Positions 1-13,686 of a stretch of 64,000 nt of DNA are shown piece after piece. The stretch is from Phaeosaccion multiseriatum (lineage: Eukaryota; Protista; Ochrophyta, other classes), in contig OZ218961.1 of the NCBI GenBank assembly GCA_965112735.1, positions 1,178,001 to 1,242,000 of the forward strand, written 5' to 3'. Position 1 is the stretch's first letter; the number at the start of each line of letters is the position of its first letter. The notes beneath the pieces were generated by a model. That model made no database searches and was not told the origin of the DNA. It saw nothing but the letters and a program-made list of their open reading frames with translations. The position numbers and the translations under genes were made by a program.

Positions 1-790
1 AGAGAGATCGAGAGAGAGAGAGAGATCGAGAGAGACAGGCAAAGCGATAGATCGAGAGAGAGACAGGCAAAGAGATAGATCGAGAGAGAGAGAGATCGAG
101 AGAGAGAGAGAGGCAAAGAGATAGATAGAGAGAGATCGAGAGAGAGACAGGCAAAGAGATAGATCGAGAGAGAGAGATCGAGAGAGAGACAGGCAAAGAG
201 ATAGATCGAGAGAGAGAGATCGAGAGAGAGACAGGCAAAGAGATAGATCGAGAGAGAGACAGGCAAAGAGATAGATCGAGAGAGAGAGATCGAGAGAGAG
301 AGAGATCGAGAGAGAGACAGGCAAAGAGATAGATCGAGAGAGAGACAGGCAAAGAGATAGATCGAGAGAGAGATAGATCGAGAGAGAGAGATCGAGAGAG
401 AGACAGGCAAAGAGATAGATCGAGAGAGAGACAGGCAAAGAGATAGATCGAGAGAGAGAGAGATCGAGAGAGAGAGAGATCGAGAGAGAGACAGGCAAAG
501 AGATAGATCGAGAGAGAGACAGGCAAAGAGATAGATCGAGAGAGAGAGAGATCGAGAGAGAGAGAGATCGAGAGAGACAGGCAAAGCGATAGATCGAGAG
601 AGAGACAGGCAAAGAGATAGATCGAGAGAGAGAGAGATCGAGAGAGAGAGAGAGGCAAAGAGATAGATAGAGAGAGAGAGATCGAGAGAGAGAGAGAGGC
701 AAAGAGATAGATCGAGAGAGAGAGAGAGGCAAAGAGATCGACAGAGAGACAGGTGAAGAGATAGATCGAGAGAGAGGGAGAGAGAGAATG
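1..790. repeat. GA-rich compound satellite, probably intronic in PRP16
   Basis: Tandem mix of AGAGAGATCG, AGACAGGCAAAG and AGATAGATCG units; lies downstream of the PRP16 donor at 856. Confidence 0.9.
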
Positions 791-856
791 GGGTCGAGAG
801 GGAGAGAGAGGTGGCTCTTGGCTTGTAGTGTCCCGAGGGCCCTGCCCCGCACCCAC

Positions 857-3800
857 CTCTCATCCTCCTCGGCAGTGAACTCGAGAGACACCTCTCCCCT
901 GGTGGCCACCCCACTCGTGAGCATTCGGTTGTCTTCCCAAGCCTGCTGGTCAGCATTGAGCTGCGAAGCTCGGGCGCTGCGACCGGCGATCTTGCCGTCC
1001 CCACGGGCGCGTTGCCTTGAGTACACATTTGTTTGATGTTGATTGGCATTGAAATGAAATGGATTGACGTTGATTGATATTCATTGAGTCGGAAAGGGAA
1101 AGGAGGAAGGGGTTAAGTCTATGGAGCGGTCACTCCGGTTATGGCCCCAGTCAGTCAGTCAGTCAGTCAGTCTGGCACGCAGACAGGCGTATGGGCAAGC
1201 ATATGGACGTATGGGTATATGGGCAGGCATATGGGCAGGCATGTGGGCAAGCATATGGGCGTATGGGTATATGGGCAGGCATATGGGCAGGCATGTGGGC
1301 AAGCATATGGGCCATCCGTACCTGGCCATTTCTGCTTCTTTCGCCTTGAACTTTTCTTCGTCTCCGAGGAATGGCCCCCCGTTGGCCTTCAGCTCCTTCA
1401 CAAATGGCAAATAGTACAACCAACACAGACAGATGGCAGCAGAGGGAGAGAGACACAGAGAAGGGGAGGGGTAGAGAGAAAGGAGGAGGGGGGGGGGGGG
1501 GGGGATAGCGAGAGCCAGAGAGAGAGGGAGAGAGAGGTCAGCAACCACCGTAAAGGGGGGTATAAGGAGCCTAGCTCCTCCCTCCCTCCGTCCCTCCCTT
1601 CCTCTCCCTCTCCTCCTCCTCCTCCCCTCTTCACGCACCTCCATGTCAACAACGGCCCCCCCTTCGTCCTGCAGATAAAAGTCGCGATCAAAGTCCTCAT
1701 CGAGTAAGTCCCTCGTCCTCCTTTGATCCTCCCTCGACACACGATGGCCACCACCACCGCCGCCACCTCCGCCATTGGCTGCCATCCTCGTGCTTGTCGT
1801 GTTTCCGCGTTGGTGTGTGACGCTGGAGGTTCCTCCCACTCTCCTGGCGCTCCTATCGGCAAGACTCACCGCCCCTGGTGTCTCTCTGGCCCACTCATCC
1901 TCATCCATCCCTGCCTCTGACATTGGTGTTTGCACCTCCCCTCCTCCTCTACTGCCTCTTCCTCCTGCTCCTCCTCCTCCCCCTCCCCTGCTGACCATCG
2001 GACTGGGCATGGGGCTGGGCAGCGGCGTTTGGCTGTTGAGTCTCTCGGGCTCGTCCCACTCGTCGGTGTCCATGCCGACCCCACTCCTGCTTGGGGTACT
2101 CGGTATTGGGGGCGCTGTACCCCAACTACTCCCACCACCACCACCCGGACCGTTACGTTTTGCTGCCCTTCTGCTGCCATCGCCGCTATTGTGGTATCTC
2201 TGGTTGGGGTCTCTACTCACGCTATCCCACCGACTACTTCTACTTGTACTTGTACTTCTATTGCCATCTTCGCCTCGACTGCTGCTACTGCTGCTCCTGT
2301 TGCTGCTCTCTCGGCGATCCCCTCTACCGCTTCTACTGGCACTGCTGGTGCTTGTTGACTCCCGTCTATCCCCATCCTCCCCATCCCTCCTGTCCCTTCC
2401 TCTGCCCGGCTCGCGGTCGTGCTCCGCCCCTCCTCGCCTCTCCTTCCTGTCTCTCTCGTCTTCTCCCTTGCTCCTGCTCCTCTCTCCTCCTCCCCCTCCT
2501 CCTCCTCTGTCACGCCTCCCTCGTTCCCTGCTGCCGCTCCTGCTTCTGCTTCTCCTTCTCCGACTCTTCTCCCGCCCCCCATCCCGTCCTCTCCTCCCCC
2601 CCTCACTCCCCTCCCCCTCTTCCTCCCCTCTTCTCCCCCTCTCTTCTACCTCCAGTCCCCGCTTCTTCCTCCTCCTCTCCTTATCCTCCATCCTCCGCCT
2701 CACTTCAGGGTCCACACCCCCCGGGTGACTTGGTGTGTCCGGCTCTATCCGGCTTTTGCGAAATTTGCGCTTGTCCCCCTTCATTATGTCCTCTCCTCCT
2801 CCTCCTCCTCCTCCTCCTCCTCCTCCTCCGTCTCTCCTTCCTAGCCCAAGTGTGCTCTCATCGAACCCGTCGTCATCAAATGAAAGTCCGCCCTTTGTCT
2901 TTGAAAGCTGCTCCCCTCGCTCGGCTCTCTTGGCCGCTGCAAGCTTGTCGAGACCGAGCAGACTCGCTCCCCTCCCTGGGGCTGCTGTATCACCAACTGC
3001 TGCTCCTTCTTTCTTGCCTCCCGGGGCTTGGAACTTGTGTTTGTGCATCAATCCGCCACGAAGGACCTTGCTGCTGCTGCGCTTACCGCCCCCCATCTGT
3101 AGAGGACAGAGGAGGAGGAGGAGGAGGAGGAGGGGGAGGAGGAGGAGGAGGAGGAGGAGGAGGAGGAGGAGGAGGAGGCGGGAGAGGAGGAGGAAGGGGA
3201 GGAGGAGGAAGAGGAGGAGAAAGTTGGGGGAGGAGGAGGAGGAGGAGGAGGAGGAGGAGGAGGAGGAGGAGGAGGAGGAGAGGAAGTAAGAAGAGCAAAA
3301 ACGCACACAGACAGACACATACGACGAAGAGAGAGGGTTGGACGAGCAAAGCGTTAGTACGCACGTAAGTGCACATCTCTCGTCCCTCACCTCGTACTCA
3401 TAAAGTACACATACGCACACATACACATACGCATATACGTGCACACGGAATGTCTCCCCCTCACCTCCAACTGCTCTGCGGGCCCGAACATGCCCCCCCC
3501 CACGTCGCTGTCTCTGTCCTCTCCATTGCTGCCGTGTGAGTGGCGGTGCAGCTTGTCCGCAGCGGCGGCATTGAGCTGTACTACTGTGCCGCGGTACTTG
3601 AGTACGACTTTTCGGTACACCTGAGGGAGAGAGGGGGCGAGAGGTGGAGAAGGAGAGGAGAAGGGAGGCAGAGGTAGAGAGAGAGAGGGAGAGGGAGAGG
3701 AAGAGAGAGAGAGGGGGGGGGAGAGAGAGGAAGAGAGAGACCGAGAGAGAGAGGGGAGGAGGCGGAGGAGGGAGGAGAGAGAGAGGGAGGGGACGGAGAG

Positions 3801-4251
3801 ACACACAGAGAGGGAGAAGGATAGAGCGAGAGAGGGGAGAGGGGTGGGTGAACAAGGAGAAGCGGAGTAGGAGGATGGGCGGGTGGGCAAGGGAAAGGCT
3901 TGGTCAATAGCTTACCCTACGCGCTCCCAATCCCTCCCGCCATCACGTTTTCTCTCCTTTGTAAAGGCCCTCTTCCGCTCCTTAGCATACCTCGGCCAGA
4001 ACAGCTTCGCTGACGTTTCCGAACTCCCTGGCTCCCTCTTGGAAGATTTGAAGCCCCTCTCTGTCCCCTTTTCCACCTCCGTCCTTGTGCTCCCGTTCGG
4101 CCTCCGCGAGGCTCTCCAGACCCACTTTGATAAAGCTCCTTCCCAGGGTGCGATTCACGGCCTCGAGCCCCAGGCCTCTTGCCACCTCCGTCGCCACATC
4201 CGCCACAAGGGAAGGGTCATTGTGAACACGCTCTGCTGCTATCTTCTCCAT
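857..4251 (-). CDS. PRP16: Pre-mRNA splicing DEAH helicase PRP16/DHX38, N-terminal exons; the gene continues off the left edge
   Basis: Exons ~4251-3991, 3620-3465, 3096-1639, 1386-1322 and 1015-857 join in phase at GT..AG. They encode DHX38-type motifs SLLGLDKLA, TPSHPGGV, FDRDFY and QAWEDNRMLTSGV. The helicase core is not in the window. Confidence 0.88.
1187..1312. repeat. 12-bp-based intronic minisatellite (ATATGGGCAGGC variants)
   Basis: About 10 degenerate tandem copies visible. Confidence 0.8.
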
Positions 4252-4921
4252 CGTAACCTTCCTTCCAGCGCGCCTGTGGGATCTATCCCAACTGTCAAGG
4301 CGGGTCTGAGTTAAAAACCCGCCACTACTCACGCTTAGCCAATCGAACCCCCCTCCCCTGCCTCTTCTCCTTTTCCCCTGCTCCTCTGCCGCTCCTCTCT
4401 ACACCCTCCTTGGTTATCGAGGATCCTTGAATCCTGGGGAAGGGGGGAGGAGAGGAGAGGGCCCATGAGCTTAAACTGGATTGTCAAGGGGCGACTAGCC
4501 CGTCTGAGATGAGATGAATATCAAGCTCGTCCCACAGAGAGGATAAGGATGGTGTATTGCTGTCCTGTCTCGATGTCCAGGGAAGACAGGGAATTGAAGC
4601 AATACTAGAAGCAACTATGGGTGAGCCTGGGAGGAGGCCAACAGCTCTTCCCAGGAAGAAGCTGGACTTCCCTTCGAAAGGGAGGCTGCCTAACTTTCAC
4701 GCATTGATCGATAGTGAGCGCGGAGGAGAAGGAGGGAGAGGAGGACGGGAGGAAGGCGGCAATGGATGTGGCTGCTGGTGCTCTCGGAGGACAAGTTGTC
4801 GGTGCTGTGTGCGCTCTGCTGTCGCTGATAATGACAGCCGGATAGGGCTTCACCACTCCCTCAGCGGTGAGTCCTCGGCCGCTCCGCTTTGTTTGTTATT
4901 AAATTCGTGCTTTACCCACAG

Positions 4922-7487
4922 ACTCATGCTTTCCTGGCTCAGCTACCGGCTCCTGTTCCCACCCCAAGCCCTCAGCCCTTCACACGCCAGACCTCCTCCG
5001 TCTCCCGCTTGCTTTCCTTCTCCCTTCCTTCCTACACCGCCGTAGACCTCCCTCGTGGGAGCCACTCCCTCCTCCATCGCGCAGGGACGACTCGCTGCAC
5101 CCCACCACTCTCGGGAGGTGCGTGCTTTGCCATTCGCTGTCATGCCAACTGGGAGACCCTCTTCACTATAAGCGGCTTCGACCCGAGGTGAGCATTGATT
5201 CAATCCACTGGCTTCGGTTTGTCTCTCTGTCTCTTTGGTCTTTCTCTCCCTCTCTCTCTCCTTCTTTCCGTCTCTCCCTCTTTCTCTCTCTCCATCCCTC
5301 TTTCACGCTTCTTTGTCGCTGTGTCCCGTCCTTCCTCCTGGCCGAGAATGGAAGGAACGAGAGAGAGAGAGATATATATATATATATACACGCACGCACA
5401 CACACCGACAGACAGACAGACAGACAGACATAGAGAGAGAGAGGTAGACAGCTGGAGAAAGAGAGGCAGGGAGCAGTGGGGCGTGCTTTTTCAGCTGCCG
5501 CCCAGAGAACCCGTGCCCTGCTGCTCACTCTCCCACAATCGCTGCTCTTAACACCTCTGCCCCTGCCCCCCTCTCTCCCCCCTCCCCGTGTCCTCCGTTG
5601 CCCCCTCTCATCCTGTCCCTCTCCCCGTGCCCCCCCCCCCCCACCCCCCTCCATGTCATCCCCTTTTGCTCCTTATCGGCGATCAGGCTGAGGCCTTACG
5701 TAAGTGTGCCGAGGGCTGATGAGACGGACGAGGAGGGTGACTGCAGCACCCTGTCGCCGCCGCCGGAGGCAACGAAGTGGGGTGGTGCAAGCCCACTTGG
5801 AAAGGGGCTTGGGAAGAAGGCGATGGGAGGAGAAGTGTTAGGGCTGTGGGCGCGTGCGTCTACTGCGGAGCAGGAGGGGGAGGGGGAGGAGGAAGAGGAG
5901 AAGGAGGAGGAGGAGGAGGAGGAGGAGGAGGAGGAGGAGGAGGAGGAGGAGGAGGGGCTGCTGCCGGAGGAGAGGGGGGTAGTCAAGGAGGCTCTGTTGA
6001 GTTTGGAGATGGAGAGGATACGAAAGGCAGTCAGGCGGCAAGCAGAGCAGCTGAGGAGTATGTCGGCCTGTCGTGGGATGGAGGAGAGAATGGCTCAAAG
6101 AAGGAGGACGGAGGGAGGAAGGCAGCAGAAGGGGGAGAAGAAGAAGGGAGGAGAGGGGGGAGGAGGAGGACCACCAGCAGCGGCAGCAGGAGCAGGAGGA
6201 GGAGGAGGAGGAGGAGGAGGAGGAGGAGGAGGAGGAGGAGGAGGAGGAGGGGAGACAGTTGAGGAGATGGAGGAAGAGAATGGGGGGACGAAGGCACCAC
6301 GTGTACATGCTGATAAGCACACCCACACACGCACACACACTCCTGTCCCATGTGCCTCTAACTGCACACCTATGGAGGCCCACAGAGTCGACTCCAAGGC
6401 GAAGAATGCCAAGGAAAATGACAGGGGCATTCATAGAGGGCGGCGTCAGGAGGAGCAGCAGGAGCGGTGGCAACGTGTGGGGACAGAGGAGGGCGGGGCG
6501 GCACGGTGGAGGGAGGGGCGGGAGGGGCGCCCGGGAGGGTTGCGGGGGTTGCAGGGGTTCACAGGGGAGCAACGAGAGGAGGAGGAGGAGGAGGAGGAGG
6601 AGGAGGAGGAGGAGGAGGAGGAGGAGGAAAGGGGTGGGATACGCAAGAACAGGGAGCAGGGAGAAAGAATTCGCAAGGGAGGGAACGCTGCCGGTGCTGC
6701 AGCAGTTGGTGATACAGCAGCAGGGCGAGGATGTGTGAGTACTTGTACAGGAGAGACGTCGCTTAGACATGCGACAGAGCCCGGGCTGGGGGGTGGTGGG
6801 GAGGGGGGAGAGGGACATCAGATGGACGGGGGGCAGTGTAACGCCTCAGCAGCGGCGGAGGTGGAGGAGGGTGGAAGGATGTTTGAGTTTGAGTTGGGGT
6901 GTGGAGAAGGGAGCAGCAGCAGCAGCAGCAGCAGAAGCAGGGGTTCTGGGGGTAGAGGCATGAGGGAGGGCGAGGGAGGGGGTAGAAAGAAGGTGAAGAA
7001 GAAGATGATGATGAAGAAGAAGAAGATTGTGAAGGTGGTGAATAGGGGGAAGAAGGAGGGGAAGGTGGGGGGGGAGGAGCAGGACAGGAAGGAAGAGGAA
7101 ATGAGTAAGGGGAAGATGAGAAAGAAGGAGGAGAAGGGGAAGATGGAGAAGAAGGGGAAGATGGAGAAGAAGGGGACGAAGAAGAAGATGGGCAGGATGG
7201 AGAAGGAGAAAGGCAAGGGGAAGACCAAAAGGCCCTGCGCCAAGAGGAGGCCGACGACGAGAAGCTCTCCTCCTCCTCCTCCTCCCCGTCCTCCTCCTCC
7301 TCCTCCTCCTCCTCCTCGTCCTCCCTGGAGGATGACAATGAGGACGGTAACGACAACAATGACAATGAGGACGACGACGAGGAGGAGGGCTGCAGCTGCG
7401 GCTACTGCTACTGCTACTGCTGCTGCTGCTACGGCGGTGGCTAGGAGAAGGGGCAGGCGCAGGCAGCCTTGCTCAGCAGAGGATTGA
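4922..7487 (+). CDS. Possible low-complexity (E/G/K/P-rich) hypothetical protein; start unresolved
   Basis: A 1.8-kb open frame (5688-7487) splices in phase to an upstream exon 4922-5187 (..FDPR|LRPY..). No recognisable domain, and much of it is GAG/GGA triplet repeat. Confidence 0.3.
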
Positions 7488-7869
7488 CTAATCGGCTGAT
7501 TGGTTGGATTTGTATTTAGTGTATATATGTGTGAGGAGTGAGGAGGTGTAAGAGGGGAGGGAGCTCACCCACCCCAACGTCACCAACGGAGAAGTAAGGT
7601 GTCGAAGATCTATCGAAGAGAGAGACGAAGAAATTTGAAAAAACATCAGTCCGTAATTAAGTCAAGGAAGGGATGGACGGCGGGGCGGCCCGCGGCCTTC
7701 CCCCCGCTATTTCCCCATCCTCCATCCCCCGTGAGCATTGTGAGCCCCCCAGAAACAACTTCCCTTCCAACCCCTCGCCCTACCTTCCCCGCTCTCTGCT
7801 TGTTTGGGTGAGTCTTCCTTCGACAGAGGAATTTATTCGGTGAACAGGCGGAGAGAGAAGAAGAAAGAC

Positions 7870-9695
7870 ATGGAGGCGGGAAAGAGACGAGCAGCAGCCG
7901 AGACCACCTTCCCGCCTGGTGCTTCAAAGCAGCGCTCAGAAGGTGCCAATGACTGGGATGGAGTGGAGGTGCTGACTCTCTTGGCTGCCAATGTGGGCTC
8001 CCGCAAGAGTCTGTGGGGCCTGTGCAGAGAGGTGAATGCAGTAGCGGGGAGGCGACTTGTTCTACACAAAGACGTACCGAAAGCTGTGCAGGAGAGAATG
8101 CTACAGATGCTCGAGCATCGGCAACGGTTTGAGCTCGCGCAGTCGGAAGAAGGGGCATCATCTGCTCCTGACGAGGGGCAGAGCCAAGGCCTCCAGGAGG
8201 AACAGCAGGAGGGAGGATGTAACATCCGCCAGAGGAAATGGTTTCGGGTCAACGCTGTGAGCCTGGGTCTTTCCAGTCTGTCTTATCCCAGGCCATCTGA
8301 AGCGAAGAAGGCGGACATTGCCCTTGTTCAGGAAGGGCTGAGAGTGCTCCCTCCCTCGGTGAAGCACGTTCGCTTGGGAGATTAAATCAACTGTCGTGGC
8401 CTGCGTCTTCCTGATGGGCTGGAGAGTGTACATTTTGGAGAAGGGTTTTCCGAAGAGGTCAAACTTCCGCACGCCTTGAGAGAATTGAGCTTCCATCCTG
8501 AGTCCGAATACAATCATCCTTTGGATCTCCCCCCATCGCTGCGGAAGGTGTCGTTTGGGTGTGAGTACACACAGCAGACAGATTTCAGTCTGCTGGACGG
8601 GCTGGAGGAGCTGAAATTTCCACGTGACTCGTGGTTTGATCATCATCCATTAACCCTGCCTGCCTCTCTTCGGACTCTGCACCTGGGACGGCACTACACG
8701 CTGCCCCTATCGGATCTGCCGGACGGGCTGAAGGAGCTGAAATTTCCCGATGGCTCGAGGTTTGATCATCCATTGAGCCTTCCTGGCTCTCTTCGGACTC
8801 TGGAGCTGGGAGGGGAGTATCACCAGCCCCTATCGGATCTGCCGGACGGGTTGAAGGAGCTGAAATTTGCCTTTGGCACGGAGTTTAATCATCCGTTAAC
8901 CCTGCCCGCCTGTCTTCGGACTCTGCAGCTGGGAAAGTGTTACAGTCAGCCCCTATCGGATCTGCCGGACGGGCTCAAGGAGCTGAGATTTTGCCAATTG
9001 TCGAAGTTTGATCATCCGTTGATTCTCCCTGCCTCTCTTCGGACTCTGTGGTGCTGGGAAGGGAGTATAACCAGCCCCTATCGGATCTGCCGGACGGGCT
9101 GGAGGAGCTGAGATTTCCCTCCTATGGCTCGAGCTTTAATCATCCGTTCACCGTGCCTGCCTCTCTTCGGACTCTGCAGCTGGGAGAGGAGTATCACCAG
9201 CGCCTATCGGATCTGCCGGACGGGCTGAAGGAGCTGACATTTTCGGGTGGGTCGGAGTTTAATTATCCGTTAACCCTGCCTGCCTCTCTTCGGACGCTGG
9301 AGCTGGGAAGGGGGTATAACCAGCCCCTATCGGATCTGCCGGACGGGCTGAAGGAGCTGAAGTTTGCCTGGATGTCCGCGTTCAATCATCCATTGGCCCT
9401 GCCTGCCTCTCTTCGGACTCTGCAGCTGGGAAAGGAGTATAACCAGCCCCTATCGGATCTGCCGGACGGGCTGAAGGAGCTGACATTTGCCTATGGCTCG
9501 AGGTTTGATCATCCATTAACCCTGCCTGCCTGTCTTCGGACTCTGGAGCTGGGAATCCAGTATAACCAGCCCCTATCGGATCTGCCTGCAGGTCTGGAGC
9601 GACTCAGGGTTTTGGAGGGATGCCAGCTCCCTGGTCAGTGGCCCGAGGGCCTTCAAGTGGACTTCCTCGAAAGGCCTTGGAGTGAGGATTATTGA
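7870..9695 (+). pseudogene. FNIP/LRR-type repeat protein copy A (8 modules), disrupted
   Basis: In-frame TAA at 8383-8385 where copies B/C have GAT/AAT, plus a 2-bp TG insertion at ~9047-9050 causing a frameshift. Otherwise colinear with the intact copies. Confidence 0.85.
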
Positions 9696-10684
9696 GTAGT
9701 AGGGTTTCTATCGCAGGAAGCGCGACGAATACGATCGTGAGGATGAGGGCTCCGAGGAGGAAGAGTACTAAAGTCAAGCGAGAGATGCTCATGGTGATGA
9801 AGACGAGTCGAGGAGATGAGGTGTAGCCCAGCTACGGTGTCAAGGAGTGGTAGCACTATATGGACCGGCGCTTTGGCGGGATTGGCGGAGTCTTGATGGA
9901 TGGATGTAACGAGCGCTCTGGGATCTGAAGAGGCCAAAGTTAGCGACGCAGAAGCGCTCTGGGCTGTGGCTGTGGCGTCCGAAAAGAAACGGCCCACAAA
10001 GGCGGTTATACAATGGTTACAGATTTGAGACAGCAAGTAACACACGCTACAGATATATAGCGTTATCGGCGGGGCTCGCAGTGAGAGACAAGAGGAGAGT
10101 CTGATCTAGCCACCTCCCATTGCAAATTCAAGTCAAGCTTGTGTGAAAAAGCGACTTGGGATATATAGAGTTCAAAGCATGTCGAAATTACAAAAGCGAA
10201 GGCAGCCAAGCCGTGCTTGCTCTGTTCGCTGCTCCCCCCTTCCTTGTTGGCTCGTTGCCATTCCCCCCATTACCCATCACTATCCATTCCTCTCATTACC
10301 CATCACTGTCCAGCTCAGCCTTCAGACTGGCTGCTCCTCGCCGGACTGTTTCTCACTGGACGGTTCCTGCTGTTAGGGCAGAAGCGAGGGCCCCACTCTC
10401 CCACTCACTCCTGCACTCACACACCGCCACCGCCACACACCCGCCGAATCCAGTCAATGGTCCCATACTCGCATATTCCCGCCATATTGAATAAATAGAC
10501 TCTCGCCTCGCCTCTGCTCCTTCTTTCCCCCCTCTCAAACCTCCTCCTCCTACTGGCGACAGCTCCTCACTACTGCTGCAATTACTCCGCTGCTTCTGCT
10601 GCTGCCGAGGCTCCCTCCTAACCCATACACCTACAGCTGCCCCATATACCTATCTACGGCTGCCCCCTCCCCTCCCTCCACCAC

Positions 10685-13600
10685 TTAGCACACCCGGTTG
10701 GTCTTCTCTCCGCTGAGGCGGTGCGTTGCGTCCGATCCAAGTGAGTGGAGCCGCCCAAGGTCCTTGCTCGCGGCGGCGGCGCCGCTCTCCTGCACCCCCT
10801 TGGGTTTCTTCCTCGCCTGCCAATGGGGGTGGTGTTGTGGGTGGAAAGTGTGTATGTGTGTGTGAGAGAGAGAGAGAGAGTGAGAGAGAGAGTGCGTGTC
10901 TATGGCTGTGTCTGTGTGCCGTTGTGCGCGTGCGTGTGTGTGTATGTGCGCATGTGTGTGTGTGTCCAGAGCCGACCTGTGCACAAGGCAAGGCGAACCC
11001 GCGAAGCAAACCACCCGGGCGTAGACTACGCACTCACATGCGCACACACGCACACATGCACGCGCCCTCGCACGCACGCACGCACGTACACACACAAGCA
11101 CGCACACACACACGCACTCACGGACGCACGCACGCGCTCACATACGCATGGACGCACGCACGCGCACGCACTCACGCACGCACGCACGCACCGGCGTCTC
11201 CAGCTCGAGGGGAGTGGTGGGGTGCTGCTGGAAGAAGGAGAAGGCGGCGAAGATGTCGCTCATCAACATTTCCGCCAAGTCACGCGAGAAGCTCTCCTTC
11301 ACCACCACCCGCATGATGGCCTGGGGGGAGGAGGGGGGTGAATGGGTATGAGTGAGTGAGGAGAGGCAGCGAGAGGGAGGGAGGGAGGGAGGGAGGGAGG
11401 GAGGAGAGAGGGACAGGGAGGGAAGGAAGGAGGGAAGGTCAGTTGCGCCAGGGTGCTGGATGAAAGTAGAGCACTCATGGCACGAAGCTCTGAGCATCCT
11501 GACCGGCTCATGCCCTGCCCTGTGGAGAGTCCTCTTGCGCCTTCGCCTTCGCCCACCCTCTCATCCACACCCAGACGCGCACCCACGCCCTCACGCACCC
11601 ACGCACGCACACGCACCCACACACGCACGCCCATACGCACCCACGCACTCACGCACTCACGCACTCACGCACGCCGCACGCACGCACGCACGCACCCATG
11701 CACCCTCGCACAAACACACGCCATGTCAGTGGCGCCCTGTGCGCAGGTGTAGGCCTCAACTATCCAGCCCTTGTTGCGAAGCTTGTCCTGGAGGTCGAAT
11801 ACGCTGCAGTTGGCGCCAGTGGTGAGACTCCACGCCACCACGGGGATGTGCGCCTTCTCCACAATGGTCACCATGCCCTGAGGGGTAAGAGGGAGGGAGG
11901 GAGGGAGGGGTGTTCCTCATCCAGTACCATGTTGTAAGTCAAGCCATCCAATGCCATCCTTTGAAGGGAGTGTTTGTGTGCTCACCGTCTTGACGAGCGA
12001 CGAGCGCAAGAACTCGGCATTCTCCTGAGTGCGGCGCATCGCAGTGGCGGGCAAGGGGAGAGGAGCGAAAAGGGAGGGAAAAGTCGTGGGTAAGAAGCAA
12101 GTGGGGGGGGGGTGGCCAACAAAGAGGAGGCGCAAAGGCACGATTGGAGCTGCTCAGTCACTCACTCAATCACTCACCCACACACTCAATCGCCCACTCA
12201 CTCACCCAATCACTCGCTCAATCACTCACTCACTCACTCACGCATGCACTGACTCGCTCACTCACGCACGCACTCATTCACTCAATCACTCACTCACCTA
12301 CAAACGCAATCACTCACTCACTCACATACACACACGCACTCACTCACTCACTCACTCACCCAATCACCCACACACTTACTATCACACTCACTATCTCACT
12401 CACTTACTCACTCACCCACTCATCCACTCACCCAGTCACTCACATATCTCACTCAATCACTCACTCACCTACAAACGCAATCACTCGCTCACTCACATAC
12501 ACACACACATGCACTCACTCACTCACTATCTCACTCACTTACTCACTCACTATCTCACTCACTTACTCACTCACCCACTCACCCACTCACCCAGTCACTC
12601 ACATATCTCACTCACGCACTCACTCACCCACCCACCCACCCACTCACCCACCCACTAACCATACCGTTACGCTGATCATATCACGAGAAGAAGAACAGAA
12701 GAGCCCCGCCACCGGTAGCGAGAGAAGCGACAGACAGAGGGAGAGTAACAAGGGACCGGTGAAGGTGCGACACAAGTGAACAGGAGGGAGGGGTGGTGAG
12801 CGACAGGAATGGTCTGGAGGGATTGACCGACCTCCACTGAAAGTCAGGCAAGAAGGAGCCTTCACCTCCACTCGCTTGAGCTGAAAGTGCCACCAAAGCA
12901 GCTCAGTTAAGCGAAGAGCGAGAGAGAGAGTGGAGGAGCTGTGAGGTGCGTGAAACTGTATGCTATGCCTCTCGCAAATCGATTGCTGTTGGCCCTGGCA
13001 CAAGCAGGTCGGTTTCTGTAGTCGTACTGGGCAGTTGTGTACGGGTAGTGGCCGTCGCCACCACAGACGGCAAGTTGACTGCACCGTTGTAGTCTTAATT
13101 ACATCTCGACAGCACAAGAAAGGACGCAAGTAAGCAAGAAAGTGGTGAGTGGTGTCAGGACGCACCATGACTTGGAAATACCCGGACTTGCCCAAGCCTT
13201 TCATGGAAGTCGACGCAGCACAGATATAGCACAGCACAGCAGTTGGTGATACAGCACAGAGGGACAGGTATGTGGGGCCGCAGAGCAAGAGACGAAACGC
13301 ACACACAACAAACGCGTAGAGAGGGAGAGAGAGAGGGGGGGGGGGGGGGAAGATAAGGAGGAAAGTTTGGAGTGGGGTCCGAGGACCATCGCGCTTCACA
13401 GGACCTCGGCTCGGAAACTGCAAATCGCCGCTTCCATCCAGTGCCATCCAGCGTTGCCCTCTGACATTCCGTACTGACTGACCGACTCTTTGGTACTCAG
13501 GAATTCACTCGCTTACTCGCTCACGCACTCCCTCAGTCAGTGAGTCAGTCAGTGAGTCAGGCAGTGAGTCAGGCAGTGAGTCATTCAGTCCGTCACTGAC

Positions 13601-13686
13601 TTACCGGATGAAGATATAGTACTGTGCGACCATGTTGCCGGAGCTTTTAGAGAAATTGAGCGTGAAGGACGCCTGGTCACCTCCCA
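10685..13686 (-). pseudogene. GAD: Glutamate decarboxylase 3' remnant, copy A
   Basis: Exons encode GGDQASFTLNFSKSSGNMVAQYY, LGKSGYFQVM, RRTQENAEFLRSSLVKT, IPVVAWSL..DKLRNKGWIV.AYT, IMRVVVKESFSRDLAEML and a terminal ..KTNRVC*, resembling the plant/GadB-type GAD C-terminus. The PLP-lysine region is absent; there is a 4-bp deletion and a damaged acceptor. Confidence 0.85.

Noticed and set aside
1159-3855. 898-aa single-exon ORF
   Set aside because: Read-through of stop-poor introns; only the spliced PRP16 exons are credible.
8590-9590. CRISPR or DGR interpretation of the constant/variable 123-bp modules
   Set aside because: Variable parts are a few in-frame codons and are not adenine-specific; no reverse transcriptase or template repeat is visible.
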